Shown in pieces: positions 19,475 through 28,893 of a DNA stretch of 64,000 nt (position 1 is its first letter; each line of letters opens with the position of its first letter). The translations under genes were made by a program, and so were the position numbers. The notes beneath the pieces were generated by a model that saw nothing but the letters and a program-made list of their open reading frames with translations, ran no database searches and was not told where the DNA came from. This stretch comes from a virus. The stretch lies in IMG/VR virus record IMGVR_UViG_3300025253_000052; one strand, written 5' to 3'.

Positions 19475-20158
19475 ATGCTGTTGGCGCTCCTCAAATCGGC
19501 AATCAGCGATGTCCGCCCGGAGTCGGTTGCAGCACTCTTGCCGCGCTTGTCCCGTGACGACCTGGCATGCGGCTTTCCGGCCGAGGCAGGCATGACGGCG
19601 CATGCAATCGCGCTGCAGAACCTGCTCTCGACCCACGCTCGCACAATTCAGCCCGCCGCCGGCGCGGGAATGATGATTCCAGACGGCCTTCGCATCCTCG
19701 AGATGCTCAGGGAAGTCAACGCGCCGTGTACCAGCGCTGCGCACGGCAACCAGACGGCCGCGACTCTCTTCGTGAACCTCGACTGGGACTTGGGTTCGCT
19801 GACCGCTCCGCTCGCCGACCTCTTCGGCTTGTACATCGACGTCGGGTTGGTCTCCCTCACGGATCACGTCGCCGTCTTCGTCGACACGCGAAAGCACCCA
19901 CCGCTCGCTGCAGCCTTCACATCCGGGAACGCCGCGGCCACTCGCGTGCTGCTCTCGAGAGGAGCCTCTGTCGACGAATGCCTGAGCCACTCCGGTGCGC
20001 ATGACATCCTGGAGCTGGCCGGCAGCTGGAATGCGGCCGGAAGCCTGGCGACGCGCGCGGTCGTCGCTGAGCATTTGATGCGCATCCAGCTGGCTTCGTC
20101 ATCCCAGCCAGCCGTCGCCCACCTCACGGGCACCAAACCGCACAGGCGCCCGGTCTAG
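19475..20158 (+). CDS. Ankyrin-like family protein (..PHRRPV)
   Basis: PPLAAAFTSGNAAATRVLLSRGASV; EHLMRIQL. Confidence 0.8.
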   Translation: MLLALLKSAISDVRPESVAALLPRLSRDDLACGFPAEAGMTAHAIALQNLLSTHARTIQPAAGAGMMIPDGLRILEMLREVNAPCTSAAHGNQTAATLFVNLDWDLGSLTAPLADLFGLYIDVGLVSLTDHVAVFVDTRKHPPLAAAFTSGNAAATRVLLSRGASVDECLSHSGAHDILELAGSWNAAGSLATRAVVAEHLMRIQLASSSQPAVAHLTGTKPHRRPV

Positions 20159-20194
20159 CTGGCCGCGAGCATCCAGCCTCAGATGCGTGCGTGC

Positions 20195-21559
20195 TCAGGA
20201 GGGCCGCTGACGAGGCGTCGGGCCCGGCCGTTGCGCCGCCGCCGCCGGTGCCAGCTCAGCCAACCGCTGGGTCACCGTTTGCCGAACGGCGTCCGGAGCA
20301 TCATGAAGCAATTGCGGCCAGCGCTCTGCCGCCTGCGCGCGGGTGTCGCGCACGATCTTGCGCGCCCTGTTGAAGCTCAGCAGCCCCGCGGACTTGGCCA
20401 GCGCCTCGGCGGCGTCCTCGTCCCACTTGCGCAGGGTCACGTCGATGGCCCGGTTGTGAGCCAGCGCAAGCTTGTCCTTGTCGTCAAAGTAGGAGGCAAC
20501 GCTGACGATGTCGTAGGCCGGCGCCAGGCGCGCGTTGACACCATCGGGGTAGATGAGACCCCAGTTCTTCAGGTGGGCGTCGGTGTTGCCCATCAGGGCG
20601 TACGCCGTCCACCGGCGAAAGACTTCATCGATGTCAGCCTGGCCGGCCGCGTCGGAGACCTTCAGGATGACCAGCAGCGCGCGCATGGCCGCCTGCAAGC
20701 CGTCTGGGCGGCCCCCGTATTTCTGGCGGCTATCCAGGCCGATGGCCTGCGCGAGCTCCTCGAAGTGGACCCGGATGCGCTTGCCGCCGGGAAGCCGCCT
20801 GCGGTCGAATCGCTCGACCATGAGCACGTCTTCAAAACGCTCGATCACGTGCTGGGGCAGCTGCAGGGCGGAGGTTGGCTGCACAGACACTTTGGCCGTC
20901 GTCATGCCGACGGCGGCGGAAAGGCCGTAGCACGCGGCTTCGTTGCGCACCAGGTCGGGCCGGTTGCTCTGCGGAAGTTTGGCGATGAAGTCGCCGGCCT
21001 CCGTTCCGCGCCTCACGACGTAGTGCCTCCCTGCCTCGACCATCGAGAACTTGGTCTGAACCCCGTCGACGGAGAAGCCGTCGTCCACCGGCGCCGCCAA
21101 GGCATTCGGCTCCAAAGGTTCGAGGTTCAGCGTTGAATGCAGCTGCAGTACTGAATGCGGTACGTCTTGCGCCGGGACGACTTCTACTGCGCCGGACAGG
21201 TCGTGGCCGGCCGCTGCGAGCAGCTCGAACTCGTCACCGACGTCGCAACCGCGCTGGGCTGCCAGGCGATCCCGATTCGCGCCTTCAGGTAGCAGGTTCG
21301 AGAACCACGAAGGCAAGAGCCCGATGCGAACCAGGCGCCGGTCATTGACCGCCGACAGGATCGCCTGAGTCTGCGCGGGCGTCTGGCCGCTGTACAGCTG
21401 AGACAAGGTGGGCCTGCGTGGATCACCGATGTAGTCCGGAGCGAACGACATGCGTTGGTTGTCCCCGACTCGCGAGAGCCAGCCGACGGTCTGCGCTTGG
21501 CCCTGTGGGAGGTGCAGCCGCACCTCGGCCATCGTGATGGGGTCGGCGCGCCGGGCCAT
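20195..21559 (-). CDS. hipA: HipA-family serine/threonine kinase toxin
   Basis: FSNLLPEG N-domain, SVDGVQTKFS P-loop, IAKLP, ERFDR, GNTDAHLKNW, LAPAYD. Confidence 0.92.
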   Translation of the reverse strand: MARRADPITMAEVRLHLPQGQAQTVGWLSRVGDNQRMSFAPDYIGDPRRPTLSQLYSGQTPAQTQAILSAVNDRRLVRIGLLPSWFSNLLPEGANRDRLAAQRGCDVGDEFELLAAAGHDLSGAVEVVPAQDVPHSVLQLHSTLNLEPLEPNALAAPVDDGFSVDGVQTKFSMVEAGRHYVVRRGTEAGDFIAKLPQSNRPDLVRNEAACYGLSAAVGMTTAKVSVQPTSALQLPQHVIERFEDVLMVERFDRRRLPGGKRIRVHFEELAQAIGLDSRQKYGGRPDGLQAAMRALLVILKVSDAAGQADIDEVFRRWTAYALMGNTDAHLKNWGLIYPDGVNARLAPAYDIVSVASYFDDKDKLALAHNRAIDVTLRKWDEDAAEALAKSAGLLSFNRARKIVRDTRAQAAERWPQLLHDAPDAVRQTVTQRLAELAPAAAAQRPGPTPRQRPS

Positions 21560-21918
21560 CAGTCCTCCAATGGCCCCTGGGCTTCGGCATCGGCATCGAG
21601 GAAGGCCCTCTGGCCGATGCTCAGAGGCGCCTCCACGCCGGCCGGCAATGACACTTGGCGGCCGCCGTTGTTGATGAAGGAGCTGACCTCGCCGGCCATC
21701 GGTTTGGGCACGGGCAGAAGGACATAGCCAAGGGCGTCGAAGAGACCCGCCAAGGTCGACAGCTTGGGGTCGCTCTTGCCTTCGGCCGCAGCCGCGGTGA
21801 GCCGACTCACCCCACTCCTCTTTGCCAGCTCGTTCATCGGCAAGCCCCTTGCCTCGCGCAAGGCCTTGAGCTGAGCCGGCAGGTTCAGGGACGGATCAAC
21901 GACAGGTGTGGAAGCCAT
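21559..21918 (-). CDS. hipB: HipB-like XRE HTH antitoxin
   Basis: HTH LKALREARGLPMNELAKRSGVS; 1-bp overlap with hipA. Confidence 0.8.
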   Translation of the reverse strand: MASTPVVDPSLNLPAQLKALREARGLPMNELAKRSGVSRLTAAAAEGKSDPKLSTLAGLFDALGYVLLPVPKPMAGEVSSFINNGGRQVSLPAGVEAPLSIGQRAFLDADAEAQGPLED

Positions 21919-22005
21919 GATGGTGGTCAGCAGTTTCCGCTATTCTAGCCAACGCCTGCATAGTTCGCTATACATTTCGTTAGCAATGTATGCTGCGTTA
22001 TGCAT

Positions 22006-23334
22006 TCAACACTTGACGACCAGCATCTCGTCCCATCGCGTCGTGTAGCGCGGTGTTCTGCGATCCTGCTTCGTGGCCCACACGGGCACCGGTGCGCCTT
22101 GACTGGCAGCCACCGTCGCGCCCAACCGCAGCGAATCCCGGCCGAACCGGTTGTTCAGCCCATCCATCGCAGCCATCAGGCGGGCTCGCGCCTCGGTGGC
22201 TTGGCTGGCGGGCTGCGAGGCGTCGGAGAACAAGTCGAGTTCCCCCTGCGCCTGGCCGGCCGGCTGCAGGTCTGTGAGGATCGCACCGGCCTTGGCATAG
22301 CGGAAACCGGGGCGGAACTGAGCTCGCACAGCGCGCGACACGGCGTCCAGGAGTACAGCGGTGTCGTCCGTGGGACGGGCCAGCGGAACCGTCACGTTGA
22401 CGTTGTGCTGGCGATCCTGCCTGAATGGACTCGTCGAAAAAAAAATGCCGATGGCGCCGGCGACGCTCGCCTGCTGCCTCAAGCGCTCCGCTGCGCGGGA
22501 GGCAAACTCGCTGGCTGCCTCGATGATGCCTTCGACAGTCATCACCGGCACCCCGAAGCTGCGAGACACCAGAATCTGCTGACGCGGCGCCGGCGCCTCA
22601 TCAAGGTCAAGGCACGGGACGCCCTTGAGTTCTTCGACGGTCTTGGCCAGCACCACCGAGAACTGTGAGCGCAGGGTGGCGATGTTCGCGCGCACCAGGT
22701 CGTGTACGGTCTGAACGCCGGCCGCGCGAAGCCGCTCTCCAATCTTGCGGCCAACCCCCCAGACGTTGCCCACCTCCGTCGCGGCAAAGAGCTCGTTCAG
22801 CTCAGGCTGGGTCATGTCGCCGAGATTGCAGACCTGCGCGACGTGCGCCGGGTATGAGCCAGGCTTGCGATCAGCGGTCTTTGCGATGTGGTTGGCAAGC
22901 TTAGCCAGAGTCATCGTGGGCCCGAAGCCGACGCTTGTGGGAAGGCCAGTCTCCCGAAGGATCGCCGCACGCATGTCCCGGCCGGTGGCGACAAGATCAA
23001 CAGTGACGCCCTCGAAGTCCAAGAAGCTTTCATCGACCGAATACACCATCTGTCGCGGCGCATAGCGCGCCTCAATGGCCATCATGCGAGCGCTCATGTC
23101 GGCATAGAGCTCATGATTGGCGCTGACCGCTTTCAGTCCTGCCGTGCGCTCCAGGTGCTTGACCTGAAACCAAGGCTGCGCCATTTTTACCCCGAGGTCT
23201 TTTGCCTCGTTGCTGCGCGCGATGCAGGCGCCGTCGTTGGAGCTCAACACGACCAGCGGTTTTCCCTCGAGCTCAGGGGCGAAACACCTGTGGCAACTCG
23301 CGAAGAAGTTGTTTCCGTCTACGAGTGCGAACAT
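22006..23334 (-). CDS. umuC: Y-family DNA polymerase V catalytic subunit
   Basis: ALVDGNNFFASC, VVLSSNDG, YSVDESF, C-terminal TPRYTTRW. Confidence 0.95.
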   Translation of the reverse strand: MFALVDGNNFFASCHRCFAPELEGKPLVVLSSNDGACIARSNEAKDLGVKMAQPWFQVKHLERTAGLKAVSANHELYADMSARMMAIEARYAPRQMVYSVDESFLDFEGVTVDLVATGRDMRAAILRETGLPTSVGFGPTMTLAKLANHIAKTADRKPGSYPAHVAQVCNLGDMTQPELNELFAATEVGNVWGVGRKIGERLRAAGVQTVHDLVRANIATLRSQFSVVLAKTVEELKGVPCLDLDEAPAPRQQILVSRSFGVPVMTVEGIIEAASEFASRAAERLRQQASVAGAIGIFFSTSPFRQDRQHNVNVTVPLARPTDDTAVLLDAVSRAVRAQFRPGFRYAKAGAILTDLQPAGQAQGELDLFSDASQPASQATEARARLMAAMDGLNNRFGRDSLRLGATVAASQGAPVPVWATKQDRRTPRYTTRWDEMLVVKC

Positions 23335-23340
23335 GGCAGC

Positions 23341-23793
23341 TCAGAGCATGTTCTTGATGACGGTGCTCACGACGCCCCAGACCTCAAGAGGAACGTCCTC
23401 GGTGATCGTGATGGGCGCGATCCCCTCATCGGCGACTAGCCGCGCAACGTGCTCGCCTCGGTTGCGACCAGCGGCGAGCTCCAAGCGCCTACACAGGAAC
23501 TCGCCGTCGACGATGGCGATGACCACGTTTCCGCCAGAAGGCGTCAAGGATCGGTCGACGAGCAACACGTCACCATCGCTGATTCCAGCAGCAGTCATTG
23601 CAGCCCCTGCCGCGCGCACAACGAATGTGGCCTCGGGATGCCGGATCAACTGCTCGTTGAGGTCGATCCTGTGGACGGTGCTGTCGGTGCCGGGTGCGCC
23701 GAAGGCATTGGACGTGCGCCGCGGCGCGGCGCTGGTCGCATCCGGATCGGGCCCGACTTGCGATCCGTCGCTGAACTCTGCTGAACTGTGCAT
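23341..23793 (-). CDS. umuD: UmuD-like S24 protein with degenerate catalytic and cleavage residues
   Basis: DLNEQLIRHPEATF, GISDGDVLLVDRS, VWGVV; directly upstream of umuC. Confidence 0.85.
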   Translation of the reverse strand: MHSSAEFSDGSQVGPDPDATSAAPRRTSNAFGAPGTDSTVHRIDLNEQLIRHPEATFVVRAAGAAMTAAGISDGDVLLVDRSLTPSGGNVVIAIVDGEFLCRRLELAAGRNRGEHVARLVADEGIAPITITEDVPLEVWGVVSTVIKNML

Positions 23794-23801
23794 TCATACA
23801 G
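23786..23801 (-). promoter_or_regulatory. LexA (SOS) box overlapping the umuD start
   Basis: CTGTATGAATGCACAG fits CTG-N10-CAG. Confidence 0.85.
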
Positions 23802-23982
23802 TCTAGCGAAGACCTCCTCGGCCGTCGACGTCGAGACTGCGCGCAGCCCAGCAGCCGTTCCGATCATGATGACAAATCGCACAGGCATCCCGCGTAGTTC
23901 GCCCGCCCAGCATGTTGCACCTGATGTACACTATGTGCCATTCCAAGGTCGAGCATCGCCCGCCGAGGAGCCAGGGACATTC

Positions 23983-24948
23983 ATGAAGCGCACTCCCCTC
24001 TTCGGCAAGCGTGCCGAGTCTCCCTCCATGTGGCGAGCCCGGATCGTGTCCGCAATGCGCGACCACGACGCTGCGTCTGTCCTTGCGATTGCTCGTGAAC
24101 CGAATGGCCGCGTCCTCCTGCGCGAGGGTCTTGAAGTCGGCGGCACGTTCCAGCCGTTCTGGATGGGCTGTGTGGCCCTCGGCGCGCACGACATGCTCGA
24201 AGCGGTTCTCCGCGCCGCTCCCAACGGCGTCACTTTGGACGACTGCTGCATCGTCCACCACCTCCCCGAGGGCCCCAGGGGCCTGGAGTTCGAGTCATCC
24301 ATCGAGCCGGTGTACATCGCGGCGCGCGAGGGCGATGCCGCGGCCCTGGGCTTGGCATTGGAATTTGGTGCTGCGCCGGCATGCATCAACACGCCTGAGG
24401 CTCGGCTCGACAACTCGACCTTGCACAGCTACGTCTTGGGCTGCGCCATCCGCGCGAGTATGAAGAAGCAAGGCGAGCTGGCTGAAGCGGGAGGCTATGC
24501 GCAGTGCTGTCGCGTGCTGCTTGCTCGCAAGGTTCCATTCGTTGGCACGAAATTCTCGGACGTCAACACGCTCTTCTTCCACAGCAGTTGGCACAAGCGA
24601 GACGCTCAAGAAGTCATCGGCCCCCTGCTGCATGACTACTTCAACGCCGGATTGATCGACCTGGACGCCCTTCGCCCCGGCGCATGTCGGCCAGCGACCC
24701 AGGCCGCCCTGGTTGGCAACGGCTACGCTGCTGCCGCGGCCATCACCCTTGGCTGCAACTTGGCGCTCGCCGTGGAGAACACGGGTCACTCAGACCTTCA
24801 CAGCCTGGCGCTCGCGCAGGACGACCTGCCACTCGAAGAGCGCGAGCGATGCGCGATGCTCGTCGCAGAGGCTACGATGCGCCGCAAGCTGACCGCAATC
24901 GAAGTCGCCGCAGTCGCGCCGCAGGCCCCTCGGCGCGCCGGAGTGTGA
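23983..24948 (+). CDS. Ankyrin-like family protein (..APRRAGV)
   Basis: PVYIAAREGDAAALGLALEFGA; LLHDYFNAG; EATMRRKL. Confidence 0.8.
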   Translation: MKRTPLFGKRAESPSMWRARIVSAMRDHDAASVLAIAREPNGRVLLREGLEVGGTFQPFWMGCVALGAHDMLEAVLRAAPNGVTLDDCCIVHHLPEGPRGLEFESSIEPVYIAAREGDAAALGLALEFGAAPACINTPEARLDNSTLHSYVLGCAIRASMKKQGELAEAGGYAQCCRVLLARKVPFVGTKFSDVNTLFFHSSWHKRDAQEVIGPLLHDYFNAGLIDLDALRPGACRPATQAALVGNGYAAAAAITLGCNLALAVENTGHSDLHSLALAQDDLPLEERERCAMLVAEATMRRKLTAIEVAAVAPQAPRRAGV

Positions 24949-24952
24949 TCGC

Positions 24953-25714
24953 ATGACGAGCGACACGTCTATCTTCGAGGCAACGCAGCGCTGGCAAGAG
25001 TTCATCCAAGCGATCCAGGCGCCCAACGCTGCAGGGGTCGAGAAGCGTCTGCGAGACGCCTGGCCACAGGAGCTTGCGCAATCCTCCTGCACACTGCCGG
25101 TCGTCATCGGCTCAGGCACCTATCACGCCTTCGCGCTGGCGACGTTGCTGGCACAGGTGCGCCCGGACAACCAGCTGAACGCAGCTGAGCTTCGTCAGAA
25201 GGCGCAAGAGCGTGCCGACATCTGCCGGCTGTTCATCGCCGCCCGGGCGCCCGCACATTCGACGCCTCGATCTGCGTCCACAAGCAACATCTGCGAAAAC
25301 CGAACGTTCGTCGCTGAAGCTTTCACCACTGTGCGGTGGTCGGGTGAGGTCGACTCGATCATGGCTGACCTCTTCCACGAGTACGTCCTCCATGGCTACG
25401 CCCTGCTCGAGACGCCGCTCTACGAGTACATCTCGGTCGTCGGTGGCCGCCTGCCGCTGGACGCCGCCATCAAGGTAGGACACGCTGCAGGCGCAGGCCT
25501 GTGCATTGACGCCGGCTGCGACGTCAAGGGCATCGCAGTGGATGGACTGGGCCGCGAGATGGACTTGCTCGAATACGTGCGCACGACGGCCGACCTCCAC
25601 AGGGAAGAAACGGCCGCCGCGGTGGCAGGCGCCCTGATGCGCCGCACGCTCGCCCAACCAGCAGCCGCACCCGCCCAGCAGGCCTCACCTCGCAAACGAC
25701 GAGGTTCGGTGTGA
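24953..25714 (+). CDS. Ankyrin-like family protein (..RKRRGSV)
   Basis: LFHEYVLHG; LPLDAAIKVG; ALMRRTL. Confidence 0.8.
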   Translation: MTSDTSIFEATQRWQEFIQAIQAPNAAGVEKRLRDAWPQELAQSSCTLPVVIGSGTYHAFALATLLAQVRPDNQLNAAELRQKAQERADICRLFIAARAPAHSTPRSASTSNICENRTFVAEAFTTVRWSGEVDSIMADLFHEYVLHGYALLETPLYEYISVVGGRLPLDAAIKVGHAAGAGLCIDAGCDVKGIAVDGLGREMDLLEYVRTTADLHREETAAAVAGALMRRTLAQPAAAPAQQASPRKRRGSV

Positions 25715-26415
25715 GAGATTCCTGGAACGAGAGGGACGACTCCCGTTTCGCCAGCGAGTACGGCCTGCGCCTGGACGACCCGGTCATGCTCTTGCAGCAG
25801 CTGCTCGCATACGAGACGCGCGAGCAACTCGAAGCGGAGTACGGCAACGACATCTATCCGCTGCACATGGAGGTGCTGCTGCAGTACTTCATGGCCGGGC
25901 ACGACCGTCGATTCGAGCTGTCGGCCAGTCTCGAGCACTTGGTCTCGCTGGGCATCCCTCCGATGAACGCGGAAGGCTCTACGGCCGGCTACATCTTCAG
26001 TGGTCAGTCCTGGGAGCCGGCTCTCGAACTCACGCAATCCCTCGCGGCGCAATACACCGCTGCAGGAATCATCGAGGTGAACAAGGCGTTGCCCGGATCG
26101 TTGTCCGAGCGCCATCTTCGAGACCTCGATCCCATCGAGCAGCAGATGAGCTCTGGGCACACGCCACTGGTTGGCACGATCATCTGCCACAACCCCGTAG
26201 CCGCTCGCTGGTTCCTCGAGAACGGAGCCTCGGTCAACGTCGGCGCGACGCACGCCGGCGGCCCTGATGACGACGCGCTGTCAATTGCCCACGCGCTTGG
26301 CGCAAGCGAAGTGGCAGCCGTCATCAGCGAGCACGTGATGACCCAGACGCTCCAAAGCTACCGGCAAACGGCCGTTTCCAAGGTCTCACGCATGCATCGA
26401 AGGACTCCTCTGTGA
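25711..26415 (+). CDS. Ankyrin-like family protein (..HRRTPL)
   Basis: GTGA overlap; GHTPLVGTI...FLENGASVN; HVMTQTL. Confidence 0.8.
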   Translation: MRDSWNERDDSRFASEYGLRLDDPVMLLQQLLAYETREQLEAEYGNDIYPLHMEVLLQYFMAGHDRRFELSASLEHLVSLGIPPMNAEGSTAGYIFSGQSWEPALELTQSLAAQYTAAGIIEVNKALPGSLSERHLRDLDPIEQQMSSGHTPLVGTIICHNPVAARWFLENGASVNVGATHAGGPDDDALSIAHALGASEVAAVISEHVMTQTLQSYRQTAVSKVSRMHRRTPL

Positions 26416-27428
26416 CCGCCCTGCCCGCCGATGAGCTCACAGAGGCTCAGTCGCATGCCCTGATGACGTTCCATTACGCCCTGCGCAAGCATGAGGGCGG
26501 ACAGTACGCAGTGCGCTTGAATTTGCCCACCCCTTTCAGTCGCTCGCGCAGCGAGGCACTCGCCGGGCTGCGCAAGGGCATCGAGGGCACTTCCATCGCC
26601 AAGGTGGCCATGACTCTGGGTGAAGTCGATGCGCTGCGCGCCTTGCTGGACGCCTCGAGCGACTACCTGACGCTCTCCGACCTGACTCAGGCGGCAGTGC
26701 GCGCCGGCCCGAATGTTCCACCCGGAACCATCTCCCGCCAGCCGCTGGCGCTCGACGCAGTTCGCGCCGGGAACGCCAAAGCCCTGCGTCTGGCACTCGA
26801 GCGCGGAAGCGACGCCGGCGTCGTGAGTGCGCTGCACCCCGATGGCCCCGCCCACAACTACGGGAACGTCTCCATGGCGACGCTGCACTTCATGGCGCTG
26901 CGGGCGACAACCGGGAGAGACCTGGTCAAGGCGCAAGGCTCGCTCGAGTGCGCGCGTGTGCTCGCCGAGTTCGGGGCGCCGATTGCCGCCCAGGCGCTGA
27001 ATCGGGACAAGGTGATGGTCGAGAATCCGGCGCCCGTCTGGAGCGCGATCACGCGCCGCGAGTGGCGCGACGAGATTGCTGACGACCTCTGCGCCTTGGT
27101 GCGCCAGTACGTGACGACCGGCGTCGCCGGTCTGGAGACGCTTCTTCGGGACGGCGCCACTGACGGCTACACGCCACTGACCGCGGCCGTCTATCTTGGC
27201 CTGCCGCACCTGGCGCGGGAGCTTGTGCGCCTTGGCGCGGACGTCACCCTCGGCGGCAACCTGCTCACGACCGATCTTCTCTCGGACGCGCGCGTGAACA
27301 CGCCCAAGGAAAAGGTGGACATGATGCTCATGATGCTCACCCAGGGGATCATGGATCGAGGTCTGCAGGCGTCTTCGCCTCAGGTCACAGCCCGCGCCGG
27401 CGCCCGCCCTGCACGAAAGGCGGTGTAA
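26412..27428 (+). CDS. Ankyrin-like family protein (..PARKAV)
   Basis: GYTPLTAAVYLG...LVRLGADV; GIMDRGL. Confidence 0.8.
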   Translation: MTALPADELTEAQSHALMTFHYALRKHEGGQYAVRLNLPTPFSRSRSEALAGLRKGIEGTSIAKVAMTLGEVDALRALLDASSDYLTLSDLTQAAVRAGPNVPPGTISRQPLALDAVRAGNAKALRLALERGSDAGVVSALHPDGPAHNYGNVSMATLHFMALRATTGRDLVKAQGSLECARVLAEFGAPIAAQALNRDKVMVENPAPVWSAITRREWRDEIADDLCALVRQYVTTGVAGLETLLRDGATDGYTPLTAAVYLGLPHLARELVRLGADVTLGGNLLTTDLLSDARVNTPKEKVDMMLMMLTQGIMDRGLQASSPQVTARAGARPARKAV

Positions 27429-27433
27429 GCGCC

Positions 27434-28888
27434 ATGGACGACATTTCCTGCCTGACGCCATCCGAGCTGCTTTCAGACGAAGGCCTCTTTCGCCTGGCCC
27501 AAGAGGCTGACGAGGGGGCTCAGTCCTTCACCGCGTTCCTGGACAACGTGACCGGCATCGCCGAGGCCCGCTACATGGGCCACAAGGACATGCTGCACGA
27601 GAACGCTCTCGTGTACGGCGGCGGCCGCTTCTACAGGCAGATGTGCACCAACGACATGGCATCGCTGCAGGGCGCATTGGTGTCCGGCGACGTGCTTGAA
27701 CGCGTTACCGCTGCGCTGGCCATCCTTCGCCTACCCTTGAAGTCCAAGAGTCTCGTCCCAACCGAGCTCACGCCCGAAGTCCATCGCATCGTCCAACGCC
27801 AGCTGAGCCGCGATCTGGTCGACCACCCCGTCCTCTTTCACCCGCGGATCATCGTCCACTCGTTCTGGGGCCAGGAGCGCGAGCGCACGCACATCCGCGC
27901 CGAAAAGGGCCCTATTGCCACGGTGATTGCGTGCACGCCGACGGCCGAACTGCCCCGCATCGAGCACGGTGTCGACCCGGACAAGCTGCGCCGATTCGCG
28001 TCGCACCACTGCGTTCGTGCGGCGTTCACACAACTCGCGCCTAAGCCCGACGGCCGCGTCGGCAGCGTTCAAGGAACCATGCTGTTCGAGGCCATGAACA
28101 GCCACTGGCCGCACAACGTCAAGTTGGTGACCTCGCTCGCTGAGCTGGACGAGCTCCGAATCAAGGGGGTCAAGAAGCCGCCGGCGCGTCTGCTTCCGCC
28201 GCCAACGACCCTCAAAGGCCTGATCGAGCCGTGGGTTCGGTCGACCGCGGGTATCGCCGTGCTGCAACATGCCGGCATCTTCGTCGCACACTTGAGTCCC
28301 GAGCGTCGCCCTCCGAACGCTCTGCTCTTCTCAGATGGCGGCCTCGCGCACATTGCGCGCAGTGGATTCGCCAAGGAAAAGTGGCTTCTGGCCAAGGTCG
28401 AGGCCTACCTGCACGCCCTGGATCAACTGCCGGATCACGGCGCCGTCGCCGCGGCCGTCCGGAAGCTGGGCGAGACGCTCATTGAGCTCAACCCGCGGGG
28501 GCTCACCCGGTCTGAGTTCACGTCACAAGCCACCGGTGAGGACTTCGTCAGGTGGTTCGCAACGGCAGCGACTGACAAATCCGTCGAGCGAGCGCATCTC
28601 ATCGGGACTCGGGCCCTCGCGGAAAAGCAGTGCATGAAACCGCTCGATCACGTGATTGGCGGAGTCCTCGACGGTCTTCAACAAGTACTGGTGGACACCC
28701 CCATCGAAGACCGAGAAACCGAGGTCGTTCGCATCTTGGAAGATGAACTGGCATCCCAGACCGGCAACTCTTCCACGCAAGAGTGGTTTGCCGCCCTGCT
28801 GGCGTGCCGAATGAAGAGGGTCATCGCGCAGGTACGGCCGGCCCAACCAGCCCCAGCCGTGCCAGCGCACCGCCGAAGCCAAGTCTGA
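27434..28888 (+). CDS. Second-family hypothetical protein (..HRRSQV)
   Basis: GPIATVIACTP motif shared with the next gene; CRMKRVI. Confidence 0.8.
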   Translation: MDDISCLTPSELLSDEGLFRLAQEADEGAQSFTAFLDNVTGIAEARYMGHKDMLHENALVYGGGRFYRQMCTNDMASLQGALVSGDVLERVTAALAILRLPLKSKSLVPTELTPEVHRIVQRQLSRDLVDHPVLFHPRIIVHSFWGQERERTHIRAEKGPIATVIACTPTAELPRIEHGVDPDKLRRFASHHCVRAAFTQLAPKPDGRVGSVQGTMLFEAMNSHWPHNVKLVTSLAELDELRIKGVKKPPARLLPPPTTLKGLIEPWVRSTAGIAVLQHAGIFVAHLSPERRPPNALLFSDGGLAHIARSGFAKEKWLLAKVEAYLHALDQLPDHGAVAAAVRKLGETLIELNPRGLTRSEFTSQATGEDFVRWFATAATDKSVERAHLIGTRALAEKQCMKPLDHVIGGVLDGLQQVLVDTPIEDRETEVVRILEDELASQTGNSSTQEWFAALLACRMKRVIAQVRPAQPAPAVPAHRRSQV

Positions 28889-28893
28889 CTCTC

